From Candidatus Poribacteria bacterium (lineage in GTDB: Bacteria; Poribacteria; WGA-4E; GCA-2687025), in contig OY762492.1 of assembly GCA_963665845.2 (NCBI GenBank), forward strand, positions 1,856,001 to 1,920,000: a stretch of DNA of 64,000 bases, in the 5' to 3' direction. Below the pieces are notes generated by a model that was not told the origin of the DNA, did no database searches, and was given only the letters and a program-made list of their open reading frames with translations. Shown here one piece after another: positions 20,558 through 30,112 of this stretch (positions are counted from its first letter, which is position 1; every line of letters starts with the position of its first letter). Both the position numbers and the translations under genes were made by a program.

Positions 20558-20583
20558 GCTTTTTACAACGTTAAAGGAATCGC

Positions 20584-21258
20584 ATGATGGGGCGAATCGC
20601 CGCCGTTTTTCTAATCTGTATGCTGCTGGTTGCGCCGTCAGTCGTCCGCGCCGATGATGCGGCGACTCTGCCCGAATCGGACGCGGCGTATCTCGTACCA
20701 GGGACAAAATCTCCCAACCGCGCCTTTTTATATTCGGCGATCCTCCCCGGCGCCGGACAGCTTTACGCCGACGCCAACCGCGGCTTTCTTTACATAGCGG
20801 CGGAGGCGGCGCTCTTGACAGGCTACGCCGTAATCCGCCGTTCCGCCCAGCAGACGCGGGACGATTACTTCAACCTTGTCCGCGCCGGCGTCACCTTCGA
20901 AGGCCCAGGCTCCACCGACAACTGGAACGAAGAAGATTTTGAGCATGCCACCGATTTCAACACATGGGACAACATCTATGTCAACGACGGCGGAACGCCC
21001 ATTGAGCGCGTCGGGGCGTATTCATGGCGCGACCTGTCCGAAGCCGCCCCCGATTCGCAGCTGCGCAAGGCGGCTTTAGAAAAACGGCTGGAAAGCAACG
21101 ACCGCTTTAGAGACGCGCGGACGCTGCTGGGCGCGCTGCTTTTCAACCATCTCATCAGCGCGGTAGACGCGCGCTTCGCCGCCCGCAGCGGCCGTTCCGT
21201 TTCGGCGCGCCTGTTGCCGGACGGATCCTCGGCGCTGACGTTTCGCGCCTCGTTTTAA
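20584..21258 (+). CDS. Exported/membrane protein, DUF5683-like
   Basis: KSPNRAFLYSAILPGAGQLY and NHLISAVDA motifs. Confidence 0.65.
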   Translation: MMGRIAAVFLICMLLVAPSVVRADDAATLPESDAAYLVPGTKSPNRAFLYSAILPGAGQLYADANRGFLYIAAEAALLTGYAVIRRSAQQTRDDYFNLVRAGVTFEGPGSTDNWNEEDFEHATDFNTWDNIYVNDGGTPIERVGAYSWRDLSEAAPDSQLRKAALEKRLESNDRFRDARTLLGALLFNHLISAVDARFAARSGRSVSARLLPDGSSALTFRASF

Positions 21259-21280
21259 AGAACATTGCCGCGTCTCGCTT

Positions 21281-21640
21281 GTCTGAACTAAGATTTTCAG
21301 GATTGAAAAGATGGACAAGAAGAGTGTTAGCCGCGACTAGAAAACCCCCTAGCCCCCTTTTCAAGGGGGAAGAGAGGCGCGCTCTACCCGCCGTCATTCC
21401 CGCGCAAGCGGGAATCTTAAGGCGCTGCAGAAACCGTCCGCCCGCCGCGTACGGCGGAAACCCCCCCAGCCCCCCTTTTCAAGGGGAGAGTCCAGAAACC
21501 CGCGCCCTATGCGCTGTCCCCGTTATCCCGCGCCATAAACCCCCCCAGCCCCCCTTTTCAAGGGGGAGTCTAGAAACCCGCGCCCTCTCCGCTGCCCCCG
21601 TTACCCCGCGCCATAAACCCCCTAGCCCCCTTTTCAAGGG
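21281..21640. repeat. Mosaic repeat cluster
   Basis: gtctgaactaagatt fragment; four cccc(t/c)agccccc(c)ttttcaagggg copies; one gtcattcccgcgcaagcgggaatc. Confidence 0.85.
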
Positions 21641-21727
21641 CGAAGAGTCGCGTCAGATTCGCCCTCTTGATTCATGGCGCAAAATAAAGCATCCTATGCG
21701 CGAAACGAAACTCAACGGGAGCCGCCC

Positions 21728-22438
21728 ATGTTTAGACAAATCGAAGCCGCTTTAGTCGACTACAGCGGCTTAGGCGATCAGGCAATCGACCTTCTCAACG
21801 ACCGCATGCAAGATTGCTTCCGCGCCTGCGGCATTGGACGCGCCGCTTTCATAGGAGCCTGGATTCTCTTCACAGTTCGGGGCGAGCTGAAACAGGGCGG
21901 CCGTAAGCCGCCCCGAGGCGTCGAACTGAAACAGACCGCCTTTGAAGTCCGGCTCGGCAAACTGCAGTACGAAGGCGCAGGGTATGATCTGCTGGACGAG
22001 ATACTTGATCATTACGAGATGGAGGGGGATGGCGCCTATGTTTGGATCGTCCCGGACGGGTATATGGCGTCGCTGTCCGATGTTGAAAAAGTGTGGGAAG
22101 CGGAAGGCGGCGGCTATTTCTCGCATGAGTCGATGTGCGTCTTAAACACCTCCGACAAGCCGACCCGCTGCCGTCTGGAAGCGTTTTTTGAAGACACCAG
22201 CATCCCGCCTGTCTCGGTCGAGTTTGTCGTTGAAGCGAAGCAGTCGCTCCATTACCGCATCGATAAACTGAAACGGGAGGACGGAACCGATCTGATACCG
22301 AAGGACGCCCCCGTCAGCTACAAGATCACCAGCTTTGACAAACGAGTCGTCGTGCAGGGTTCCCGCATCCTGACATCAGGGCGCAGCTCTGAATTTGGAA
22401 GCTTTGGAACCGTCGTCGCATGGACGCCCGCCAACTAG
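21728..22438 (+). CDS. Protein with a C-terminal sensory rhodopsin transducer (ASRT)-like beta-sandwich
   Basis: WIVPDGY...SHESMCVLNTSDKP...FED...IPKDAP...VVVQGSR matches the ASRT pattern; extra N-terminal region of ~95 aa. Confidence 0.7.
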   Translation: MFRQIEAALVDYSGLGDQAIDLLNDRMQDCFRACGIGRAAFIGAWILFTVRGELKQGGRKPPRGVELKQTAFEVRLGKLQYEGAGYDLLDEILDHYEMEGDGAYVWIVPDGYMASLSDVEKVWEAEGGGYFSHESMCVLNTSDKPTRCRLEAFFEDTSIPPVSVEFVVEAKQSLHYRIDKLKREDGTDLIPKDAPVSYKITSFDKRVVVQGSRILTSGRSSEFGSFGTVVAWTPAN

Positions 22439-22447
22439 GAGAACAGC

Positions 22448-23518
22448 ATGGACGCCCCCATAGAGCAGCCCCGCGGATTTTCAATACCCCTCGTTGACCT
22501 CGACGCTCAAACGGAGCGGCAGGTCATCATCGACCGAGAGCCTGGACAGTATCTCGGCCATCCGACAACAGCCCTCCTCGGCGACGGCAGAACGATCATC
22601 GTCGTCTATCCAAAAGGGCATGGGCGCGGCGCGGTCGTCATGAAACGCAGCGAAGACGGCGGACTCACATGGAGCGAACGGCTTCCGACCCCCAAAAACT
22701 GGGAGACTTCCCAAGAGGTGCCGACGCTCTACCGCGTCCCAGACCCGTCCACAGGCGGAATGCGTCTCATCATGTTCTCCGGCATGAAACCGATCAAGAT
22801 CGCCTCGTCCGACGACGACGGCGACACCTGGACGCCGCTGGAGCCGATCGGCGACTTCGGCGGCATCGTCGCCATGGGCGATGTTGTGCCGCTCAAAGAC
22901 GGAACGCTCATGGCGATGTTTCATGACGACAGCCGCTTCTTCAAAGGAACAAGCGGCTTCACCGTCTATAAAACGCTCTCCAGCGACGGAGGGCGGACCT
23001 GGGGCGATCCGATCCCTGTGACGAAGCATCCGCAGGCGCATCTGTGCGAGCCGGGGGCGATTCGTTCGCCGGACGGGAATCAGATTGCGGTTCTGTTTCG
23101 GGAAAACAGCCGAACGCGCAACTCGTTCATCATCTTCACCGACGACGAGGGAGAGACATGGACGGAGCCTGCCGAACTGCCGGGCGCGTTGACAGGCGAC
23201 CGCCACGTCTGCCGATACGCGCCGGACGGGCGCATCCTGATCCAGTTCCGCGACACAACCCATGAAAGCCCGACCAAAGGCGACTGGGCGGGCTGGGTCG
23301 GAACCTACGAGGATTTGCTCACTCAGCGGGAGGGGCAGTACCGCATCCGCTTGATGGACAACACGCGCGGAGCCGACTGCGCCTATCCCGCTGTGGAGCT
23401 GTTGCCGGACGGAACGTTTGTGTCGGTCACCTACGGCCACTGGACGGAGGGCGAAAGCCCGTATATCGCCTCCGTCCGCTTCAAGTTAGAGGAGCTGGAC
23501 GCCTTAGCGAACCCGTAA
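22448..23518 (+). CDS. Sialidase-like BNR/Asp-box glycoside hydrolase
   Basis: Four Asp-boxes (SEDGGLTW, SDDDGDTW, SSDGGRTW, TDDEGETW); CAYP near the C-terminus. Confidence 0.85.
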   Translation: MDAPIEQPRGFSIPLVDLDAQTERQVIIDREPGQYLGHPTTALLGDGRTIIVVYPKGHGRGAVVMKRSEDGGLTWSERLPTPKNWETSQEVPTLYRVPDPSTGGMRLIMFSGMKPIKIASSDDDGDTWTPLEPIGDFGGIVAMGDVVPLKDGTLMAMFHDDSRFFKGTSGFTVYKTLSSDGGRTWGDPIPVTKHPQAHLCEPGAIRSPDGNQIAVLFRENSRTRNSFIIFTDDEGETWTEPAELPGALTGDRHVCRYAPDGRILIQFRDTTHESPTKGDWAGWVGTYEDLLTQREGQYRIRLMDNTRGADCAYPAVELLPDGTFVSVTYGHWTEGESPYIASVRFKLEELDALANP

Positions 23519-23521
23519 GGT

Positions 23522-24103
23522 TTACAGGTCGTTGGCGGCGCGTATCTCATCGATCGTGAAGCCGTAGTCTTCCCATGTGACGATGCGCCACTCCTGTTCG
23601 TTCGTCTCAGGGTTGACGCGCTTTTCGAAGGTGAAGACGCTGTCGCCTTCGGCGTAAGCGCCCGTATGCCCTTCTTCAAGCGTGCCTTCTGTGACGGTGA
23701 GCTGAAGGCGGTAATGGTTCCGCGCTTCGTATTTTGTCTTGTCGTCGTTCAACGCCGCGATTTCGGGCGGCTCCGAGATTTCGATTTCGATGTCTTGGAA
23801 CCTGTTGAAGACGCGGATGGCGGCTTCCCGCTCCTGGACGATGTCGTCAAAGATGACGTCGTCTTCAATCGCGTCGGTGCCGAGGTCGGCAGAGTACTGA
23901 AATCCGATGTCCCAGAACGCCGACATGTAAAGATCGACATCCTCGGTCATATATCCGCGCTGCCATTTTTCGCGCAGCACCTTGTTGATTTCGATCAGGA
24001 CAGGATCCTGATCAATCGGCGGTTCCACATCCCCGCAGCCGGCGGACAAGAGAGTTCCGCAGAGCAGGAATGCCAAACCAGCCCGAACCTGTACGCTTTT
24101 CAT
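23522..24103 (-). CDS. Lipoprotein with NTF2/SnoaL-like fold
   Basis: LSAGC lipobox; EDVDLYMSAFW...FTFEKR...EWRIV pattern. Confidence 0.7.
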   Translation of the reverse strand: MKSVQVRAGLAFLLCGTLLSAGCGDVEPPIDQDPVLIEINKVLREKWQRGYMTEDVDLYMSAFWDIGFQYSADLGTDAIEDDVIFDDIVQEREAAIRVFNRFQDIEIEISEPPEIAALNDDKTKYEARNHYRLQLTVTEGTLEEGHTGAYAEGDSVFTFEKRVNPETNEQEWRIVTWEDYGFTIDEIRAANDL

Positions 24104-24295
24104 TTCGTCAAACCTTTCCGTGTGCGTGGAGGACGCTGCCTCGCTTCCATGACGTTGTTTCCGTTTTGCTGTTGGCAGTTTCGTTTTGAAACCTGAGTCC
24201 GCTCATTAAGAAAACGATCGCATTCCTCCGCTTGTGGTTCATCCATGACTTCATGCGCCGCGTTGAAAAGAAACGGTTCGCGCCGGCGATTTCAT

Positions 24296-24901
24296 CTAGT
24301 CCGCGTCTCCAGTCGGATCGCCGTAATCGTAATATTCTACAATGCGCCATTCCAGCTGGCTCGTTTCAGGATTCAGACGCTCCTCAAAAATAAACTGATT
24401 TTCGCCCGAACCATATACGCCGGTAGAACCGTCTTCGAAAACGCCGCCCTCTATATCTATAAAAAATTCATACCGGCTTCGCGCCTCATACCGCGTGTTC
24501 TCGTCGTTCAGGGAGAGAACCTCGGACGGCATTTCTATATCCAGATCGATACGAAATATATCGAAGAAGCGAATCATCGATTTTCGCTCCTGCGCAATGT
24601 CGTCAAAAACCACATCGTCGTCGGGATACGGCGTTCCGAGACTGGCGATATAGACAAAACCGTCCTCCCAGAAAGACGACATGTAAAGATCGATGTCCTC
24701 GGTCATGATGCCCTTCAGCCAGCGCTGCTGCAGAACGTCGTGGATCGCGTAAAGCGCAAGCGTATCCGGCGACAACGGAGTGACGGTTCGCTTCGTTTCG
24801 CAGCCGAGAGCGCAAAGGACGCTCCATGCCAGAACCGCAGCGGCGCCCTTGATATGCGCATTAAAATCGGAACTGGAATACGCCGCCAAGTTCTTCCCCA
24901 A
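24296..24901 (-). CDS. Paralogous NTF2/SnoaL-like lipoprotein
   Basis: ALGC lipobox; EDIDLYMSSFW...DDVVFDDIAQER...LEWRIVEY, clearly similar to 23522-24103. Start uncertain. Confidence 0.68.
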   Translation of the reverse strand: MGKNLAAYSSSDFNAHIKGAAAVLAWSVLCALGCETKRTVTPLSPDTLALYAIHDVLQQRWLKGIMTEDIDLYMSSFWEDGFVYIASLGTPYPDDDVVFDDIAQERKSMIRFFDIFRIDLDIEMPSEVLSLNDENTRYEARSRYEFFIDIEGGVFEDGSTGVYGSGENQFIFEERLNPETSQLEWRIVEYYDYGDPTGDAD

Positions 24902-25415
24902 CCGAAAAGATCGTAAAATCGTTCATCTGTTCGCTCTCCTTCATGACGCGCTTTCCCAGAATTTCAGCGTTGCGAATGTTCGCGTCGATATAGGCGTCGA
25001 TCAGCCCGTACGCCCAGACGCCGATGCCGGCAAACAGAAAAAACTGGCTGATCTTATACCGCTCATTCACGCGGTTATAGACCGCCTTCGCGGTGGGCGA
25101 TGTGATCCCATGGTTCCGTATCGCCGGCAGATATTCGTTGTCGTACATATCCTTGAAGTTTGAGCGGGCGACCCACCATCCAGCGAACAGCCCGATCGTC
25201 GCGGCGCCAAAAAAGGAACCCTGCAGCGGCTCCCCGATGGCGAACTGCCCCCACCCCGGCAAAACGGCTGAACGCGCCATCGCGCTATACGGATGAACAA
25301 GCCGCAGGTCAGCCTCTCCCTCCTCGGCAAACGCAAACGTCGTCATAAAGCAGCACGCAAGCAAAACAGCGGCGGCGCGTCTCAACGGCTTATACTCCCG
25401 GCGTTTGATATTCAT
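24861..25415 (-). CDS. DUF5683-like membrane protein
   Basis: SAMARSAVLPGWGQF, WAYGLIDAYIDA; terminal FQFRF. Start uncertain (25415 or 25490). Confidence 0.65.
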   Translation of the reverse strand: MNIKRREYKPLRRAAAVLLACCFMTTFAFAEEGEADLRLVHPYSAMARSAVLPGWGQFAIGEPLQGSFFGAATIGLFAGWWVARSNFKDMYDNEYLPAIRNHGITSPTAKAVYNRVNERYKISQFFLFAGIGVWAYGLIDAYIDANIRNAEILGKRVMKESEQMNDFTIFSVGEELGGVFQFRF

Positions 25416-25486
25416 ACCGCTCAGTTTAACGCCTCTTCTGCAGCCTGTCAACCTTTCTCCTTTGAAATCATTTCCCGACCGACCTC

Positions 25487-27823
25487 TCATTTCAACAGAA
25501 CCATGCGCCGCGTCTCTGAAAAGCCGCCCGCCTCAATGCGGACGAAATAGACGCCGCTGGCGGCGGGCGCGCCGAGAGCGTCCTTGCCGTCCCAGTACGC
25601 CGCCTTCTCTTTAACGCGGTAGGAACCTACCGGCAGTTCGCCCAGCTCCAACCGCCTGACGGTTTGACCCGCCGAGTCGTAGATCGTTATCGTCACGGCG
25701 CTTTCTTGCGCCAGATCGAACGGGATCCAGGTTTCAGGGTTGAACGGGTTTGGGTAATTCGGGAGGAGCGCGTTCTTGAATAAATGAGGCGAATTCGGGC
25801 GCTTCACGTCTGACCAGAAAATCGGCAGGTCTTCAACGCGCCACAGTAAAACGCGCCCGTCTTTTCCGCCGCTGATGAGCGAACGGCTGTCGGGAGAAAA
25901 CTCAACCGAATTCACATGCCCGAAATGCCCCTTCAGCGTTTTCTTCAGCGCAAACGTTTCGGCGCTCCAAATCCGTACCGTTCCATCCTCGCCCGCGCCG
26001 GCGATATGCTTGCCGTCAGGCGAGTACGCCATCGTCTGAACGACGCCTTCATGCCCAGCCGTCTTTCCCTTTAACGCGCCATTTTCGGCGCTCCAGACGC
26101 GCACAGTGGAGCGTTCTCCTCCAACCGCTATCGATCTCCCGTCCGGCGACAACGCCAACGCGCCATAGGACCCGAGCCCTTCCGCCGTTCGAAGAAGCTC
26201 CCTCGTCTCCACATCCCAAAGATGGACGATCCCCCCTCCCCCAGCGGCGGCTAAAACGGTTCCGTCTTGTGAAAACGACAAATGAGAAGCCCATCCGCTC
26301 GGAGACGCGAGCGCGTCCGTTGCCTCGCCCGTTGAGATGTCCAGAAAGCGCACGATCTCTTTTTTAACGAGCCTGTTGTTGAAGGCGAGCGTCTTCCCGT
26401 CAGGAGAGTAGGCAAACGAACTTGGAGAGTAGCCTTTCAATTCCACAATCTGCTCTCCCGTCTCCGCGTCCCATACGCCGATCGCATACTGCTCGCTGAA
26501 GCCGGCGACGGTCCGCCCGTCCGGCGAAAACGCGGACGGTCCAGGATAAGCTCTGATGCGCCTCTTCTCCTCCCCTGTCGAAACATCCCAAATGTGAATC
26601 CCGCTGCTCGTAGAGTACGCGTCAACGCCGGAAGTGGCGACCGAAAGCCCATCCGGCGAAAACGAAACCGACCGGATCGGGGAGCTGCCCGGTATCCTGT
26701 ATTCAGCCTGCTTTTGCGCCTGAACATCCCAATAATGAAACGGAGCGGCGGCGGCTAGATAAGAAGAATAACCCGCCAACCGACCTTTCGACGCGAATAG
26801 AAGATTCGTTGTTTCTGGATTCTCAACAGCCGCCAACCGCTCGTTTTTCTTCGGATCCCAAACCTGAATCGTCATGGTACGATTTAAGACGTCTCTTTTA
26901 AAGGCGGCGATGGTTCGGCTGTCCGGCGAAAAGCCGGCAAAGCCGAAGCCGTCGGGCATCTCCATCAACGCTTCGCCCGTACTCAAATCCCAAATGCAGT
27001 TTTTCGCTCCGCTTCTTCCCGCGGCGGCGCTTCCGTCAGGCGCAAACGCCGCATAGGTCAAACCTTCCCCAATGACGCGCAGGCGCTCGCCCGTTGCCGC
27101 ATCCCAAACATAAACCGACGCAACCCGCTCAAAAAATTCCCCCGTGTAGTTGACGCTCGCAAGCGATCGGTTGTCAGGCAAAAACATAATCCGATACCGG
27201 GATGGATAAATCAAGTTGCCCCGCACATCGACAGGCGTATTGAACCGAGTTTTTAACTGCGCCGTTTCCACATCCCAAACATAAACGGCTTCCTTTCCCG
27301 CGCCGGCGAGAAGCCGCCCGTCATGTGAAAACGCCAGCGACTGTATCGGTTCGCCGACCAGCTCAACCGCCGACAGCGTCTCTCCCGTTTCCACATCCCA
27401 AACATAAATCCGCTCCTCCCTTTTGCTTGCGGCAATCGTCCGATTGTCAGGCGAGAAAGCGATGGCTCCGTAATAGCCGAGTTCGTTTGAAACAGCCAGC
27501 ATCTTGCCCGTTTCCACATCCCAAATGCGGGCGTTGTAATAACTAGAGGAAATGAGGTATCGGTCGTCCGCCCAAAACTTCAACCAGTCCACCTCATAAT
27601 CGTACGCTCCAAGCGTTGAGACCGGCTCCCCCGTTTCAGCTCTCCATAGACCGACCAATCCGTTCGTGTCCCCTGTGGCAAGCAGCTCCCCATTGGAAGA
27701 CAACGCCGCCCGCCAGATGGTTCCTGGGGGCCGCCCAACAAGCGTCTGCGCCTCCCCCTTTTCAACCGGCAAGCAAACTGCCGCCAACGCCGCCAAAATC
27801 CATGCCGCCGCGCTTTTTCTCAT
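25487..27823 (-). CDS. Secreted WD40-repeat protein with FlgD-Ig/T9SS-type CTD (array copy 9)
   Basis: Signal peptide; many FSPDG...WD repeats; LLPNYPNPFNPETWIPF...MVLLK. Confidence 0.92.
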   Translation of the reverse strand: MRKSAAAWILAALAAVCLPVEKGEAQTLVGRPPGTIWRAALSSNGELLATGDTNGLVGLWRAETGEPVSTLGAYDYEVDWLKFWADDRYLISSSYYNARIWDVETGKMLAVSNELGYYGAIAFSPDNRTIAASKREERIYVWDVETGETLSAVELVGEPIQSLAFSHDGRLLAGAGKEAVYVWDVETAQLKTRFNTPVDVRGNLIYPSRYRIMFLPDNRSLASVNYTGEFFERVASVYVWDAATGERLRVIGEGLTYAAFAPDGSAAAGRSGAKNCIWDLSTGEALMEMPDGFGFAGFSPDSRTIAAFKRDVLNRTMTIQVWDPKKNERLAAVENPETTNLLFASKGRLAGYSSYLAAAAPFHYWDVQAQKQAEYRIPGSSPIRSVSFSPDGLSVATSGVDAYSTSSGIHIWDVSTGEEKRRIRAYPGPSAFSPDGRTVAGFSEQYAIGVWDAETGEQIVELKGYSPSSFAYSPDGKTLAFNNRLVKKEIVRFLDISTGEATDALASPSGWASHLSFSQDGTVLAAAGGGGIVHLWDVETRELLRTAEGLGSYGALALSPDGRSIAVGGERSTVRVWSAENGALKGKTAGHEGVVQTMAYSPDGKHIAGAGEDGTVRIWSAETFALKKTLKGHFGHVNSVEFSPDSRSLISGGKDGRVLLWRVEDLPIFWSDVKRPNSPHLFKNALLPNYPNPFNPETWIPFDLAQESAVTITIYDSAGQTVRRLELGELPVGSYRVKEKAAYWDGKDALGAPAASGVYFVRIEAGGFSETRRMVLLK

Positions 27824-27835
27824 CTCATCCGCCTT

Positions 27836-30100
27836 TCATTTCAACAGAACCATGCGCCGCGTTTCTGAAAAGCTGCCCGCCTCAATGCGGACAAAATAGA
27901 CGCCGCTGGCGGCAGGCGCGCCGAGGGCGTCCTTGCCGTCCCAGTACGCCGCCTTCTCTTTAGCGCGGTAGGAACCCGCCGCCAATTCGCCCAGCTCCAT
28001 GCGCCTGACCGCTTGACCCGCCGAGTCGTAGATCGTTATCGCCGCGGCGCTTTCTTGCGCCAAATCGAACGGGATCCACGTTTCGGGGTTGAACGGGTTC
28101 GGGTAATTCGGCAGAAGAGTCGTCTGCAATAGCCGAGAATTCGGCTGCCGAAAGTCGGACCAAAGGACAGGCAAATTCTCAAGCAGCCATAGCAGGACGC
28201 GCCCATCCTTCCCGCCGCTGATGAGCGAACTGCTGTCGGGGGAAAACGCGACCGAATTCACCCGCCCTACATGCCCCGACAACGTTCGTTCCAGCTGAAA
28301 CGTCTTCGCGTTCCAAAGCAGTATCAACCCGTCGTTTCCCGCGCTGGCGATCGTCTCTCCGTCTGGAGAATACGCGACGGAATATACATACTTCTTATGC
28401 CCTCTCAGATTTGTCCGAAGATAGCCGCGCTCCGCGCTCCAAATCCGCACAACCAAGTCCTTCCCGCTGGAAACAAGCGTTTTCCCGTCCGGCGAAAAGG
28501 CGATCTCATCCGCCTCCGCGATGCCCACGATGTTTATCGATTGTTTCAGCTCGTCTGTTTCCGTATCCCAAAGGCGAATCGACTCCTCGCCTGCCGCGGC
28601 GAATGCCGCCCCGTCCGGCGAATACGCGATCGCTTGAATGCTGCTGTCATGCTCGTAGGTCTTCTTTAAACGCGCGCTTTTTGCGGCGTCCCAAAAATAC
28701 ACCTTTTTCGTGGCATTACCGACCACATAAGCGAGCGTCTTTCCGTCTGGAGAATAGGCGACCTGCCCCATAAGAGCTTTAGCAATCTCTGCAATCGTCT
28801 CCCCTGTCGGAACTTTCACCGCTTCAAAGCTCACGCCATCGTTGGATGCTACGGTACGGCCGTCCGGCGACAGCGCCGCAGCGCCGGTGGAGGCGGGTGT
28901 CCACATGCGCAGTTCCCCTGTCGACGCGTTCCAAATGCGGGCTATATAGCTCCAATCCCCTCCGACGCTCAAAACGCTTCTGCCGTCTTGGGAAAACTGA
29001 ACCGAGACGACCTCCGATCCATGCCCCTCCAACCCTTGATGCGTCTGAAGCGTCTCTGCATCGTAAATAGCGATGTCCAAGCCGGCAAGCCCGACGATCC
29101 GCGTTGAGTCCGGCGAAAATCTCATTTTATACACGTGGATTTCCCGCTCAACTTTCAACGCCCCTGTCTCAACATCCCATACCCCGAACGAATCTACATC
29201 CGTTCGCCCGGCGGCCAGCTTGCCGTCGGGGGAAAATCCCAGAAACGAGTACACCCCCTCCAGCTCCGATTTGACCGCCCCTGTTTTCACATCCCATAGC
29301 AATATCTTACGCCAAGCCGACGTTTCCTTTTCGCCGTAAGTCGCCAGCGTTGCGCTGTCCGGCGAAAGATAGGCGCGGTACAGACCGGCGTCATAAGACC
29401 GCTTCACCTCGCCCGTAAGCGCGTCCAAAAGATGAACGGCGACGACGTTATCGGCGCGAAAGCTAACAGCAGCGATCGTTCGGCTGTCCGGCAGAAAGAC
29501 CAGATCGCTCAAGTCTTCCGGCGTTTCGATCAAGGCGGTCAGCTTCCCCGTTTTCAAATTCCAAACCTCAACCTGTCCCTCTTCCTCGCAGGCGGCGAGC
29601 CGTCCGTCAGGAGATAGATTCGCTCGAAAAACTATGCCGAAAGAGCTCTTCATTTCCGTTAAAATCCTGCCTGTTTCCGCATCCCGCAGGCGCAAAACTC
29701 CTTCACGACCGCTGGCGATAAACGCCTTGCTGTCCGGCGTAAAGGCGGGGTAGGAACAAAGATACTCATCCTGCGGCAACCGCTCTGGTTTTCCTGTCTC
29801 AACATGCCAATAAGCTTTTCCTGGATAGGCGGCGAGGTAACGTCCATTCGGAGAAAAATACAGCCCATATATCCAAGATTTCCCGTCAATGATTCGCAAT
29901 AATTCGCTTGTCTCCGCGTCCCATATGCGAATCAAAGAGTTTTCCCCGACGCTGGCGATCCTCTTGCCGTCATGCGAGAATTCCGCCCATCTTGCCACCC
30001 CCTGGTGACGCCCAATTTGCCTCTGCGCCTCACCGCTCTCAACCCAGAAACAGAGCGCCGCCAAACCCGCCAAAACCGATGCCGCTGCCCGTGTCATCAT
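27836..30100 (-). CDS. Secreted WD40-repeat protein with CTD (copy 8, most divergent)
   Basis: Same architecture as the other copies. Confidence 0.92.
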   Translation of the reverse strand: MMTRAAASVLAGLAALCFWVESGEAQRQIGRHQGVARWAEFSHDGKRIASVGENSLIRIWDAETSELLRIIDGKSWIYGLYFSPNGRYLAAYPGKAYWHVETGKPERLPQDEYLCSYPAFTPDSKAFIASGREGVLRLRDAETGRILTEMKSSFGIVFRANLSPDGRLAACEEEGQVEVWNLKTGKLTALIETPEDLSDLVFLPDSRTIAAVSFRADNVVAVHLLDALTGEVKRSYDAGLYRAYLSPDSATLATYGEKETSAWRKILLWDVKTGAVKSELEGVYSFLGFSPDGKLAAGRTDVDSFGVWDVETGALKVEREIHVYKMRFSPDSTRIVGLAGLDIAIYDAETLQTHQGLEGHGSEVVSVQFSQDGRSVLSVGGDWSYIARIWNASTGELRMWTPASTGAAALSPDGRTVASNDGVSFEAVKVPTGETIAEIAKALMGQVAYSPDGKTLAYVVGNATKKVYFWDAAKSARLKKTYEHDSSIQAIAYSPDGAAFAAAGEESIRLWDTETDELKQSINIVGIAEADEIAFSPDGKTLVSSGKDLVVRIWSAERGYLRTNLRGHKKYVYSVAYSPDGETIASAGNDGLILLWNAKTFQLERTLSGHVGRVNSVAFSPDSSSLISGGKDGRVLLWLLENLPVLWSDFRQPNSRLLQTTLLPNYPNPFNPETWIPFDLAQESAAAITIYDSAGQAVRRMELGELAAGSYRAKEKAAYWDGKDALGAPAASGVYFVRIEAGSFSETRRMVLLK

Positions 30101-30112
30101 CCAATCTCCTTT

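Noticed and set aside
21279-21755. ORFs over repeat clusters (also 14899-15276, 55410-55958, 56640-56920, 60894-61672)
   Set aside because: Translations (VIPAQAGI, PPFQGG) simply read through palindromic repeats; no evidence they are genes.
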